Shown here piece after piece: positions 30,223 through 38,696 of a DNA stretch of 64,000 nt. Made by a program: the position numbers and the translations under genes. The stretch comes from a virus (lineage: Duplodnaviria; Caudoviricetes), in the IMG/VR virus record IMGVR_UViG_3300046839_000055, positions 64,001 to 128,000 of that record. One strand, written 5' to 3'. Position 1 is the stretch's first letter. The number at the start of each line of letters is the position of its first letter. The notes under the pieces are model-generated. The model made no database searches, was not told the DNA's origin, and saw only the letters and a list, made by a program, of their open reading frames with translations.

Positions 30223-32061
30223 TCACATACGCTTTGCTGCAAGATCTTCATTCACCACCTCATATTCCTCGCCCGGCTTCAACTTCATCTGCCGGTTCAG
30301 GAACTTCTCAATGTCAAACAGGTTCTTCTTGTCGCAGTCCCCGGTCAGGTAATAGTTCGGATGCTTCGTCAGATCATACTTGGATGATAGGAATGGCCGG
30401 ACACCTCTGAGCTGCAAAATGCACTTGGATCCATCCAGCACCGCGAGTTCATCAACGGACAGAAGATCATGCCCAAGCTTCTGATAGTTCAGACTGTGGG
30501 ACAGTTCCCGTCCCCGGTTCTCTCCGGTGTTGTAGGTATCGATCGTCTCTTTGCCGAGCGCCTGATTCAGCTCCTTTAGTGTTGTTGGTTCCGTGCCGCC
30601 AAGGAAGATCCGCGAATCCATGTTGCCGATGATCGTATCTGCGTTGTCCTTGTAGATCGCCTTGAGCTGCGACTGCGCCTGCAGCACCAGACAGGCAGAG
30701 ATCTCACGGCTGCGGATCGTTGCAACCAGCTTTTCCAGATTCGGGATCTGACCGATGTTGGCAGCCTCATCAATGAGACACCGCACATGCACCGGCAGGC
30801 GTCCTCCGTAGACATCATCCGCCTTCTCACAGAGCAGGTTGAACATCTGCGTGTAGATCATAGCGATCAGAAAGTTAAATGTGGCATCGGTATCCGACAT
30901 GATCAGAAAGAGCGCCGTCTTCCGGTCTCCCAGCGTATCCAGCTCCAGTTCATCGTACATGGTGATATCCCGGACTTCCTGAATGTCAAATGGAGCAAGT
31001 CTTGCGCCGCAGCTCACAAGTATACTTTTCAGGGTCTTGCCGGCAGCCATCTTGAACTTCACATACTGTCTTATCGCAAAATGATTGGGATTCTTCTCTT
31101 TCAGCCGCTCAAAAAGGATATCCACCGGGTTCTGGTACTCTTCATCATCTTCCCGGACATCCATCGAATTGAGCATCTCCAGAAGTGTCGCAAAGTTCTG
31201 TTCTTCTTCCGGTGCCTCGTAATGAATGTATCCGATCAGCGCCGTGTAGAGCAGCGTCTCCGCCTTGGTCCAGAACTCATCCCCGGCTTTTCCTTCTCCT
31301 TTCGTATTGGCGATGAGCGCTGTAACGAGCTTCAGGATGTCCTTCTCCGAGTGAATATAGGCAAAGGGATTGTATTTCATCGATTTCCTGAAATTGATCG
31401 TATTGAAGACCTTGATGACATACGGTTCCCGGATCACCATGCCCTTCTTATCCTTCAGGGGATTGCCTTTCTCATCCAATTTTGGAGCACCGTGCAGAAG
31501 TGCATTCCCGCATTCTACCAAAACACTGCCTTTTGGATCTGTGATCACATAAGAGCTATGCATCTGGAGAAGATTCGGCTTCAGCCAGAACCTTGTCTTA
31601 CCGCTGCCAGAACCGCCAACGATCAGGACGTTCTTGTTCCGGGCATTACCGGGATTCTTCGGGCGATTGCTCATCATGAGCAGCTCTGTTTTCGTCAGAA
31701 TCACGTTGTTCTGGAAAACCGGATCTTCAAACGGTGCAATATCCTGATGCGTTCCCCATCTTGCCGAGCCATATTCTGTATTGTGACGGTACTTCTTCGC
31801 GTTCTTGCCCCTCATATAGACGGCAAACCGGAACAGGCAGGCACAGCAGAGACCAATCAAAAGATCAAGCGAATGCACGCTGGGAAGTGGATTTTCAAAT
31901 GCCATTCCAAGCGTTGTCATCAATGACGCTGCCTTTTCAGATGCATCCGCTCCCTCCGCAAGCCGCCAAGCTTCTCCGAAGTTGGTACAGACGAGTCCAA
32001 AGATGAGATAGGGAATGCTCAGAATCAGTTTTTTCCTGCGGTCACCAGCGTTCAATTCCAT
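30223..32061 (-). CDS. virD4: VirD4-like coupling protein
   Basis: YGSARWG, GGSGSGKT, TDPKG, LIDEAAN, RSREIS. Confidence 0.95.
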   Translation of the reverse strand: MELNAGDRRKKLILSIPYLIFGLVCTNFGEAWRLAEGADASEKAASLMTTLGMAFENPLPSVHSLDLLIGLCCACLFRFAVYMRGKNAKKYRHNTEYGSARWGTHQDIAPFEDPVFQNNVILTKTELLMMSNRPKNPGNARNKNVLIVGGSGSGKTRFWLKPNLLQMHSSYVITDPKGSVLVECGNALLHGAPKLDEKGNPLKDKKGMVIREPYVIKVFNTINFRKSMKYNPFAYIHSEKDILKLVTALIANTKGEGKAGDEFWTKAETLLYTALIGYIHYEAPEEEQNFATLLEMLNSMDVREDDEEYQNPVDILFERLKEKNPNHFAIRQYVKFKMAAGKTLKSILVSCGARLAPFDIQEVRDITMYDELELDTLGDRKTALFLIMSDTDATFNFLIAMIYTQMFNLLCEKADDVYGGRLPVHVRCLIDEAANIGQIPNLEKLVATIRSREISACLVLQAQSQLKAIYKDNADTIIGNMDSRIFLGGTEPTTLKELNQALGKETIDTYNTGENRGRELSHSLNYQKLGHDLLSVDELAVLDGSKCILQLRGVRPFLSSKYDLTKHPNYYLTGDCDKKNLFDIEKFLNRQMKLKPGEEYEVVNEDLAAKRM

Positions 32062-32076
32062 TCGCCTCCTTCCTGC

Positions 32077-32586
32077 TCACAGGGAATGCTCCTGTTCCTT
32101 GTTTCTCACCTTGTTCGGAATCGCCGCAGCGATTGCCTTCAGCTTCGACAGTTGCTTCAGCAGAGATGGCCTCTCCTTCCGGCGCAGCTGCTTCTGCGTA
32201 TAATCCTCTACAATCGCTGTCAGCGCATCGGCGTCCTTAGCCTTAAAGAATATTGTGTACTTCGGAGGAATCTGGTTTTTATCCTTGGTCACAGCAAAAT
32301 CTACGCCGTACTTTCTTGCTGACCGCTCAAAATCCCGGATCCGGCTGTCATCCAGCGGGATAGAGCTGACTCCCTGTTCCTTGCCGATCAGTTCCTTCAC
32401 CGTCATCTTGCCATGCGGTCCTTCGGCATTCTTTGCCAGTTTCTGACTCTTCGCCTTTGCCCTGTGATTCAGATAGGTTCTGATTCCTGCAATGATGGTA
32501 TGTCCTGCCAAACGAGTCGTCGTGATCGCAAGGTTAATGGTCCTGTTTTCGATCTCTTCCTGCACTCTGATCACCCCTCCCCGCAC
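32077..32586 (-). CDS. pcfB: PcfB-family protein
   Basis: QEEIENRT...HGKMTVKEL...ARKYGVDFAV...FFKAKDADAL. Confidence 0.88.
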   Translation of the reverse strand: MRGGVIRVQEEIENRTINLAITTTRLAGHTIIAGIRTYLNHRAKAKSQKLAKNAEGPHGKMTVKELIGKEQGVSSIPLDDSRIRDFERSARKYGVDFAVTKDKNQIPPKYTIFFKAKDADALTAIVEDYTQKQLRRKERPSLLKQLSKLKAIAAAIPNKVRNKEQEHSL

Positions 32587-32913
32587 GACTGCTTTCCTTC
32601 CTGCTCAACAGCAATGCATACTGATGGAGCCTTGCCCTGTTTCTGATTCTGCTTAGTTCCTCAGCGTACATCTGCAGATGTCTTTTCATATGTCCTCTTC
32701 GTCCTCCTCAAACTCCTGCAGCATTCGTATTTTGCTGCACAGCTCATCTCCGACATACAGGGAAAAGCTGGCTGTATGCGATCATAAGCTCCTCAAAATC
32801 ATCCGTCATCTGCTCTAAGAGTTCTGCGCACCGCTCGACCGCATCGCGCCTTGCTTCGGCTGCCCTGCTTCTGTTCTGGAAAAACTCTGATGTTTTCACC
32901 TACATCTCCTCCT

Positions 32914-33723
32914 TCACAATTCCATTTCGCTTTTATTTCGTACTGCCTTCTCCGCCGATGCCTTTAGGGCCGTCTTGTTCGAAGACAGCTCTGTGAGAAC
33001 GGAGTGTCTGTCTTCCTTCTCGTGGAGCTTACGTTCCTGGAACTTTTCTCCAATCTCCAGCTTCCGTTGTGTAGCGTCGAAGTGATAAACGTTATCCGAA
33101 AGAAAATCTTCATGGGAAACCTCGGACCGGTTCACGGAACGGACGATCTCCTCCATATCCTCCAGCGCAATAGAACCGTCATCTTTAAGAAGCAGTACCT
33201 CATGAACCGATGAAGGAATCACATAGAAATCACCGCCAAGCTCCTGTGCTGCCTTCTCCATAAAATGGGGATAGAGGATGACGCCTGCACCATTAGCCAT
33301 GTCCGGCATGGATGCGACGTAGAGTTCTGCCGCAGTCCCTTCCTCAACGACGAGAAAGGAACTGAGCTTCGCCATGCCTGCAGGATAGTTTCTCTCCGAT
33401 GCAGCAATGGCATCTTTCATGAATTGTTCTCTGTCAATTTCCATTGCATTAAGGGCATTAGCCGTAACAACAAGATTCTTGGTTATCCCTTCGCTCTGCG
33501 GCACGAATGCATGTACGATCACGGAGAGATCTTCAACCTCCTTATGGACTGCGGTCTTCAGTAATTCTCTATGTGCTTCCGTCGGTACAAGTGCTATCCG
33601 AAGCTGACTCATCAAGCGGCTATATTGTTCTTCACTAACCACTCTTTGCGATGCATTCATTTCTCCGCTATTAGCGCTGATTGTCTGATCTTCGCTATAA
33701 TTCTTCATATCTTTTGCCTTCAT
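32914..33723 (-). CDS. DUF5688-family protein
   Basis: NGAGVILYP...GDFYVIPSSVHEVLL...LSDNVYHFD. Confidence 0.8.
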   Translation of the reverse strand: MKAKDMKNYSEDQTISANSGEMNASQRVVSEEQYSRLMSQLRIALVPTEAHRELLKTAVHKEVEDLSVIVHAFVPQSEGITKNLVVTANALNAMEIDREQFMKDAIAASERNYPAGMAKLSSFLVVEEGTAAELYVASMPDMANGAGVILYPHFMEKAAQELGGDFYVIPSSVHEVLLLKDDGSIALEDMEEIVRSVNRSEVSHEDFLSDNVYHFDATQRKLEIGEKFQERKLHEKEDRHSVLTELSSNKTALKASAEKAVRNKSEMEL

Positions 33724-33789
33724 TCATTTTTTCCTTTAAAAAAGACGCCTCACCCTGAAGGTAAAGCGTCTGTACTAAAAAGTGATGTA

Positions 33790-34731
33790 TTATCGCTCCA
33801 TGCTGCGATCTCGTTTTTTCATCCACTGATCCAGCAGTTTGAAAATCGTGTCCTCCATTTGCCTTGGCGTGTAGGATTTCGGAAAATATTTCCGAATCTC
33901 ACTTCCATTTAGAACCAAACGATCCGCAGGATTCTTTTTTTCCTCATCCATCACACTGCGCATGGTGGCCAGGGTGCATTTTCCTTCCTGGCTTGCCTTC
34001 TTCAGCCTCTGTGCCTGAGAGAGCGATGGTGAGGTCTGTGCTTCCTCCATCGCCTGCACAAACTCCCTCTGCTCTTCCTTTGGCAGGTAGGAAAGCTCAA
34101 CGGCAGGATTGAAAGCAATCTTTTTGTCATCGACCAGATCCAGAATCTCCGGGATCAGGTTGTTCAGGCGCATATAGCGCTGAACCTGACGCCCGCTTTC
34201 CCCTGTTTCTTTTCCAATCGCATCCGCAACTTTTAACTTGTCGACAACTTGTCGACAAGTTCCATCCTCACCTTTCTGAAGATCCTTCCGCTCTCCCTGA
34301 TGTTTCAACGCCTCCATCTTCATCTGGTAGGCTTTAGCCCGCTCGCTTGGAAGAATATGTTCTCGCTGGAGGTTGGAATCCACCATGAGAATCGTTGCGG
34401 TGTCATCATCCATCTCCCTGATGATCACCGGCATGGTCTCTTTCCCGGCAAGCATGGATGCATACCTTCTGCGATGACCGGAGATCATTTCATACTCACC
34501 GTTCTCCATTGGCCGTACAATCGCCGGGACTAGAACACCGTATTCCCGGATACTGTCTGCTGTCTTGCGCATGTCCTCATCGTCAGTCACCTTGAACGGA
34601 TGATTTTTGAACGGATGGATCTTCTCCAGATTCATCATAATGACATGCTCGCCTGTATCATTTCTGGCTTCATCGGTCTTGAAGATGTCATCGTAGCTGT
34701 TCAAGCTGATGTTTGCGCCTTTTCTCGGCAT
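33790..34731 (-). CDS. parB: ParB/Spo0J partition protein
   Basis: HPFKNHPF, YEMISGHRR, MVDSNLQRE. Confidence 0.92.
   Translation of the reverse strand: MPRKGANISLNSYDDIFKTDEARNDTGEHVIMMNLEKIHPFKNHPFKVTDDEDMRKTADSIREYGVLVPAIVRPMENGEYEMISGHRRRYASMLAGKETMPVIIREMDDDTATILMVDSNLQREHILPSERAKAYQMKMEALKHQGERKDLQKGEDGTCRQVVDKLKVADAIGKETGESGRQVQRYMRLNNLIPEILDLVDDKKIAFNPAVELSYLPKEEQREFVQAMEEAQTSPSLSQAQRLKKASQEGKCTLATMRSVMDEEKKNPADRLVLNGSEIRKYFPKSYTPRQMEDTIFKLLDQWMKKRDRSMER
34235..34261. repeat. Perfect 27-bp palindrome inside parB
   Basis: AACTTGTCGACAA-C-TTGTCGACAAGTT. Confidence 0.9.
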
Positions 34732-35515
34732 TTCTCAGTACCTCCTTTATCGTCTCCTGATAGGCTTCCGCTACCTTGCCCTTGGGATCATAGGCAAATA
34801 TGCTTTTTCCTTCTGCACTGATCTCCGCAGCCCGGATGGAACGCGGAATCTCAGAATTAAAGATTCGGATTTTGGATCCATAGGTTGCCCGGATCAGGCT
34901 GCTGATGTCCTTTGCGTAATTCGTCCTGCCATCCACCATCGTCAGAAGAATCCCCTCGATCCGCAGCTTCGGATTGATCTGTCTTTTTACCTTGTTGATC
35001 GTCTGCAGAAGCTGCTCAAGGCCCTTGGCAGACAGGTAGTTGGCCTGTACCGGGATCAGTGCAGAATCCGCAGCGACGAGCGAATTCACTGTCAGCATCC
35101 CCAGACTCGGCATGCAGTCCAGCAGCACATAGTCGTATCTGCCCTTGATCGGTTCAAGAAACTGTTTCAAAACCCTCTCCCGGTTCATCGCATTGACCAG
35201 AGCCACCTCCAGTCCTGCCATCGCAATGTTGGATGGGATCAGGTCTACTCCTTCCTGCTGGTGAAGAATGCCCTTTGATATGTCTACGTAGTTGTCATTG
35301 ATCAGCGACGCAAGCATATCGGCCAATGTCATCTCCAGATCATCCGGCTTCGGATAGCCGAGACAGATCGTCAGCGATGCCTGCGGATCAACATCCACAA
35401 GCAGCACCTTCTTCCCGCATCTGGCAAGTCCGATCCCGAGATTCTCCACCGTTGTAGTTTTTGCTGTGCCACCCTTCTGATTGACGACAGCCATTACTGT
35501 AGTTTTGTCTTTCAT
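34688..35515 (-). CDS. parA: ParA/Soj ATPase
   Basis: NQKGGTAKTTT, DVDPQ, LLDCMPSLG. Confidence 0.93.
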   Translation of the reverse strand: MKDKTTVMAVVNQKGGTAKTTTVENLGIGLARCGKKVLLVDVDPQASLTICLGYPKPDDLEMTLADMLASLINDNYVDISKGILHQQEGVDLIPSNIAMAGLEVALVNAMNRERVLKQFLEPIKGRYDYVLLDCMPSLGMLTVNSLVAADSALIPVQANYLSAKGLEQLLQTINKVKRQINPKLRIEGILLTMVDGRTNYAKDISSLIRATYGSKIRIFNSEIPRSIRAAEISAEGKSIFAYDPKGKVAEAYQETIKEVLRNAEKRRKHQLEQLR

Positions 35516-35535
35516 CTGCCTTTCTCGCTTTCTTA

Positions 35536-36534
35536 TCACGTCCCGTACAAATCGTGATTGACCTGTGCCCGGTAGTAGTGGTCAATCGTCAGCGGTGCGT
35601 TATACAGCATCGTCAGCATATATGCCCTGATATTGCGGATATCTGAGGTCTGATCACGAAAGCAGTTCAAAATGTATTCCATGTGACTGTAATCCAGCTT
35701 CATGATCTGGCTTTTTACCAAAGCTGCCGGCTTATCCTCCCGGTTCACCCGGATTACAGGACTGGTACTGCACATGATGTCCACGCACATATCTAGTAGC
35801 TCGTCCACGGTCTGCGTCTCAAACTGACGATTCTGCTTCAGACTTTCAATTTCCAGCTTTTCCCGGAAGTAATCCTGATATTCCTTTCTCGTTTGCAAAG
35901 AATCATGTGATATCCCATCGATCTCATCGTTTCCTGTTCCGTATTGCTCCAGAGGTTCTTCGCGCGGGGTAGTATCTGGATAGATAGGATTGATAGGATT
36001 CATATTATTAATTTCAGTCTGGTTATTATCAGTCTTATTAGTGTGTGATTCGCACACTTCCAGAGATGTGATATTCACACCCGCAGAAATGTGATTTTCA
36101 CACTTCTGGACCTCCTCATTTGCTTCAGAAGTGTGATTTTCACACTTCTTGAAATGTGATTCTGAAGTATGGTCTGAACTTCCTGTGGAAAACTTCAGAA
36201 CATAGGTCAGAGACGGCTTTCCAAGTCCCTGCCGCTTGCGTCTGATCAGTCCTGCCTTTTTCTCCAGCTCACTCAGCAGCTTCACCGCTTTCTGGTTACC
36301 GCACTGCAGATCGCTCATGATGTCTTCCACTGTGTAAATGATGTATGCTCTGTTCTGATCATCAAACCATCCATTTTTCATCGACAGGGACAGGCGATCC
36401 AGCATCAGCCCGTATAAAAGTTTTGCTTCAACGGAAACTTCGCGGAATTCTTCGCCGGTGATCAATGTCTTCGGAATCCGGTAGAACAGAAACTGTTCCG
36501 CATCTTCCTGTCCGTAGAAATAATCGAATGCCAT
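35536..36534 (-). CDS. repA: RepA_N replication initiator with DUF6017-like C-terminus
   Basis: FYRIPK...AKLLYGLMLDR...RQGLGKP; NIRAYMLTMLYNAP. Confidence 0.9.
   Translation of the reverse strand: MAFDYFYGQEDAEQFLFYRIPKTLITGEEFREVSVEAKLLYGLMLDRLSLSMKNGWFDDQNRAYIIYTVEDIMSDLQCGNQKAVKLLSELEKKAGLIRRKRQGLGKPSLTYVLKFSTGSSDHTSESHFKKCENHTSEANEEVQKCENHISAGVNITSLEVCESHTNKTDNNQTEINNMNPINPIYPDTTPREEPLEQYGTGNDEIDGISHDSLQTRKEYQDYFREKLEIESLKQNRQFETQTVDELLDMCVDIMCSTSPVIRVNREDKPAALVKSQIMKLDYSHMEYILNCFRDQTSDIRNIRAYMLTMLYNAPLTIDHYYRAQVNHDLYGT
36043..36165. repeat. Iteron-like repeats RTGTGAT-N-TCACAC inside repA
   Basis: Copies near 36043, 36066, 36089, 36131, partial at 36154. Confidence 0.8.
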
Positions 36535-36563
36535 CGTCTTTCCCTCCTTTCCTGAATTTCTGC

Positions 36564-36612
36564 AAAGAAAAAGGACGCCAATCTACTGGAAATGCCAGTA
36601 AACTAACGTCCT
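36564..36612 (-). terminator. Terminator-like hairpin just upstream of repA
   Basis: AGGACGTTAGTTTACTGG-CATTT-CCAGTAGATTGGCGTCCT followed by a T-tract. Confidence 0.7.
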
Positions 36613-36781
36613 CTAATGACTATGTATATTTGTCTGTTCTGAATCTGGTTTTACATTGCTACTGTAACGAGGTCTAAAGCTATCACCACTGTGATGTACT
36701 TTTCCACCCGTTTTCCGCGGTCAGACCAAGCCGTTTTGTCGAAGGTGAAATGTTCGAAAAAGTGCTTGAATTCAGCGATTT

Positions 36782-36826
36782 CTACGAGTTTGTGCGTGAT
36801 AGCAACACAATGGTCTCCACGTGGCT
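36782..36826 (-). other. att-site remnant: orphan 3' end of rumA/rlmD
   Basis: Hand translation SHVETIVLLSRTNS*; HVETxVLLS is the RlmD C-terminal motif, with no upstream gene body. Confidence 0.75.
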
Positions 36827-37073
36827 CGATTGCTCCAGATTGATGTCAAGTATGTAGCCAAATTCGCGTTCGTTCGCGGGAATTTATCAAAGAGTGTTTT
36901 TGCCGTAAAACACACCGATTTTTACCCCTGTACGTTCTCGGAAACAGGTCAAAGACCTTGCTCCTACCTATATTATGCAAATCCACAGATTTGCCGACCG
37001 CTTCAAGACTTCGCTCCGAGGGAACAAGTCCGAAATCCCATCGCCTCAACTCTAATCTTCCGTTCCCGAATGT

Positions 37074-38252
37074 TCAGAATGGAAGTGCTGCTCGCTTTAA
37101 AAAAGTATCATCATCTGATACAGATACAGTTTGCAAGTCAAAGAAAGGATTCGCATGATAAAATTTTCCAGTTCCGTCCTGCATAGACTTAATCATTGCT
37201 ATCTGAGGATCGGCTGTAGAAGTATCCTTGATATATTTCCTATACTTTACTATGTTATCTTTTCCTACCGTATCATCGGCTGTTGCAACATATCTACCTA
37301 CAGCAGTTTTATAATCATCCGCTGAAGTGATAAGTATCGATGTAAAAGGACAATCCGCTGCTTTTATTTCACCTTCATTATTTCTTAGGAGAAGTACATA
37401 AATCTCATTGGGCATTGCATCGAAATGTTGTTGTGAAACAATATATGGTAATGAGAAGGATGATAGCTCGCTATCCTTCATATACTGCTGATAAACTTTG
37501 ATGCCATCATGATAACGTCCCGAAACATGGAGGTCATTCTTAAACTCCGCAGAAAAAAACGTAAGAAATTCTATATAGCTATCCTCCGTGAATTTTATCG
37601 CTTGCTGCATCTTATCTTTAAGATCGGCCTTTTCATGCTGCTCACCGTTTCTGAGAAAAGCTCCCATGTTCATCTTGTTCTCGCAGCCAAACAATCCTAT
37701 CGAAATCTGATTATTTATAAAGGCTGTATGCTTCACACGATTACATACAGCATCAATATACTTGAATTCATCATCGCTATCAGTCTTTGAAAACCATGCT
37801 GATGTAAGCGGAAATTCTCCAGAGTACGTTTGCTGTTGAAATCTATCCTTCATTGCCGGGAAGTCTGTTTTGTCTACTTTCTTCCCTTTATTAGCCAACA
37901 ATCCAGCGTTTGCAATTTGTCCGATACTATCAAAACTATTTCTAAGATACTGATAAAAATCCCGTATTAGTTTCTGTATCAAGAAAAAACCATCGACATC
38001 ATTGCCTGCGATATCTATTAAAAAGTCTGGTAGATCCGCATCAGTTATAGCAACACTCTTGTGGTTTATTATTTTCTCTGATATTTCCTCGTTGTTCTTA
38101 TGTGCATCTTCAGTCATTTTTGCAGAAATCGCTGTGATGGTGTCCAGACAATACTGTGCTACCCTTATATTTGCATTCGTATTTTCAATAAATTGCCAAG
38201 CCGTATAAACTTTGTGCTCAGCAAGTTCTTTTTTTAACACATTAAAATCCAT
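37074..38252 (-). CDS. Hypothetical protein with HEPN-like (Cthe_2314-type) N-terminal domain
   Basis: DFYQYLRNSFDSIGQIAN and YIDAVCNRVKH patterns; AT-rich; last gene of the defence cluster. Confidence 0.55.
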   Translation of the reverse strand: MDFNVLKKELAEHKVYTAWQFIENTNANIRVAQYCLDTITAISAKMTEDAHKNNEEISEKIINHKSVAITDADLPDFLIDIAGNDVDGFFLIQKLIRDFYQYLRNSFDSIGQIANAGLLANKGKKVDKTDFPAMKDRFQQQTYSGEFPLTSAWFSKTDSDDEFKYIDAVCNRVKHTAFINNQISIGLFGCENKMNMGAFLRNGEQHEKADLKDKMQQAIKFTEDSYIEFLTFFSAEFKNDLHVSGRYHDGIKVYQQYMKDSELSSFSLPYIVSQQHFDAMPNEIYVLLLRNNEGEIKAADCPFTSILITSADDYKTAVGRYVATADDTVGKDNIVKYRKYIKDTSTADPQIAMIKSMQDGTGKFYHANPFFDLQTVSVSDDDTFLKRAALPF

Positions 38253-38266
38253 TGTCAGACATCCTC

Positions 38267-38677
38267 TCACTCAATCCGCTTCAACAGTTCCTTTGGCGAC
38301 AGTTTCCAGAGCCCTCTCTCTTGCCGGAGTAAGTCTACCGTGCCATGATTGATGATATAATCCTGAGCCTCCTGCTGCGATAATCCTTCCGTGCTCATAA
38401 GATAAGACTCCAGTTCGCGGCATGGGTAATTAATCGTTCTCTCAATTCTGATCTGTTCCTGAGCTTCATTTTCTCTAAGGCCATAGTACTTCTGGAGAAG
38501 ACGAACTATTTCAGCGTCTTTTGTTTTAGATTCATAAAGTGCCGCCGTCAAAATCGATATCCCAGCTTCTCGCTCCTGCTGCGCTGTCTCATCGTCATGC
38601 CTCAAAACCGCTTCTCGCGTAGTGTCGAGCAAAAAGTATCCAGCACCTGCCAGAAAATCCGTAAAATTTCGTCCCAT
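38267..38677 (-). CDS. Hypothetical helical protein
   Basis: 136 aa; two similar units LQKYYGLRENEAQEQI / LMSTEGLSQQEAQDYI. Confidence 0.7.
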   Translation of the reverse strand: MGRNFTDFLAGAGYFLLDTTREAVLRHDDETAQQEREAGISILTAALYESKTKDAEIVRLLQKYYGLRENEAQEQIRIERTINYPCRELESYLMSTEGLSQQEAQDYIINHGTVDLLRQERGLWKLSPKELLKRIE

Positions 38678-38696
38678 ATATGCTCACCCGCTTTCT

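Larger units (their letters stand above)
1..36826 (-). mobile_element. Tn1549/CTn-like integrative conjugative element (left part missing from window)
   Basis: Co-oriented repA-parA-parB-pcfB-virD4-maff2-virB6-prgI-virB4-NlpC/P60-topB-mobC-relaxase; right boundary at rumA-like att remnant. Confidence 0.9.

Noticed and set aside
30787-31926. 379-aa plus-strand ORF (similarly 11577-12632 and 19000-19893)
   Set aside because: Antisense to well-supported genes (virD4, NlpC/P60, virE)
32640-32900. Short ORFs between DUF5688 and pcfB
   Set aside because: Possibly a frameshifted small gene, but no recognisable family
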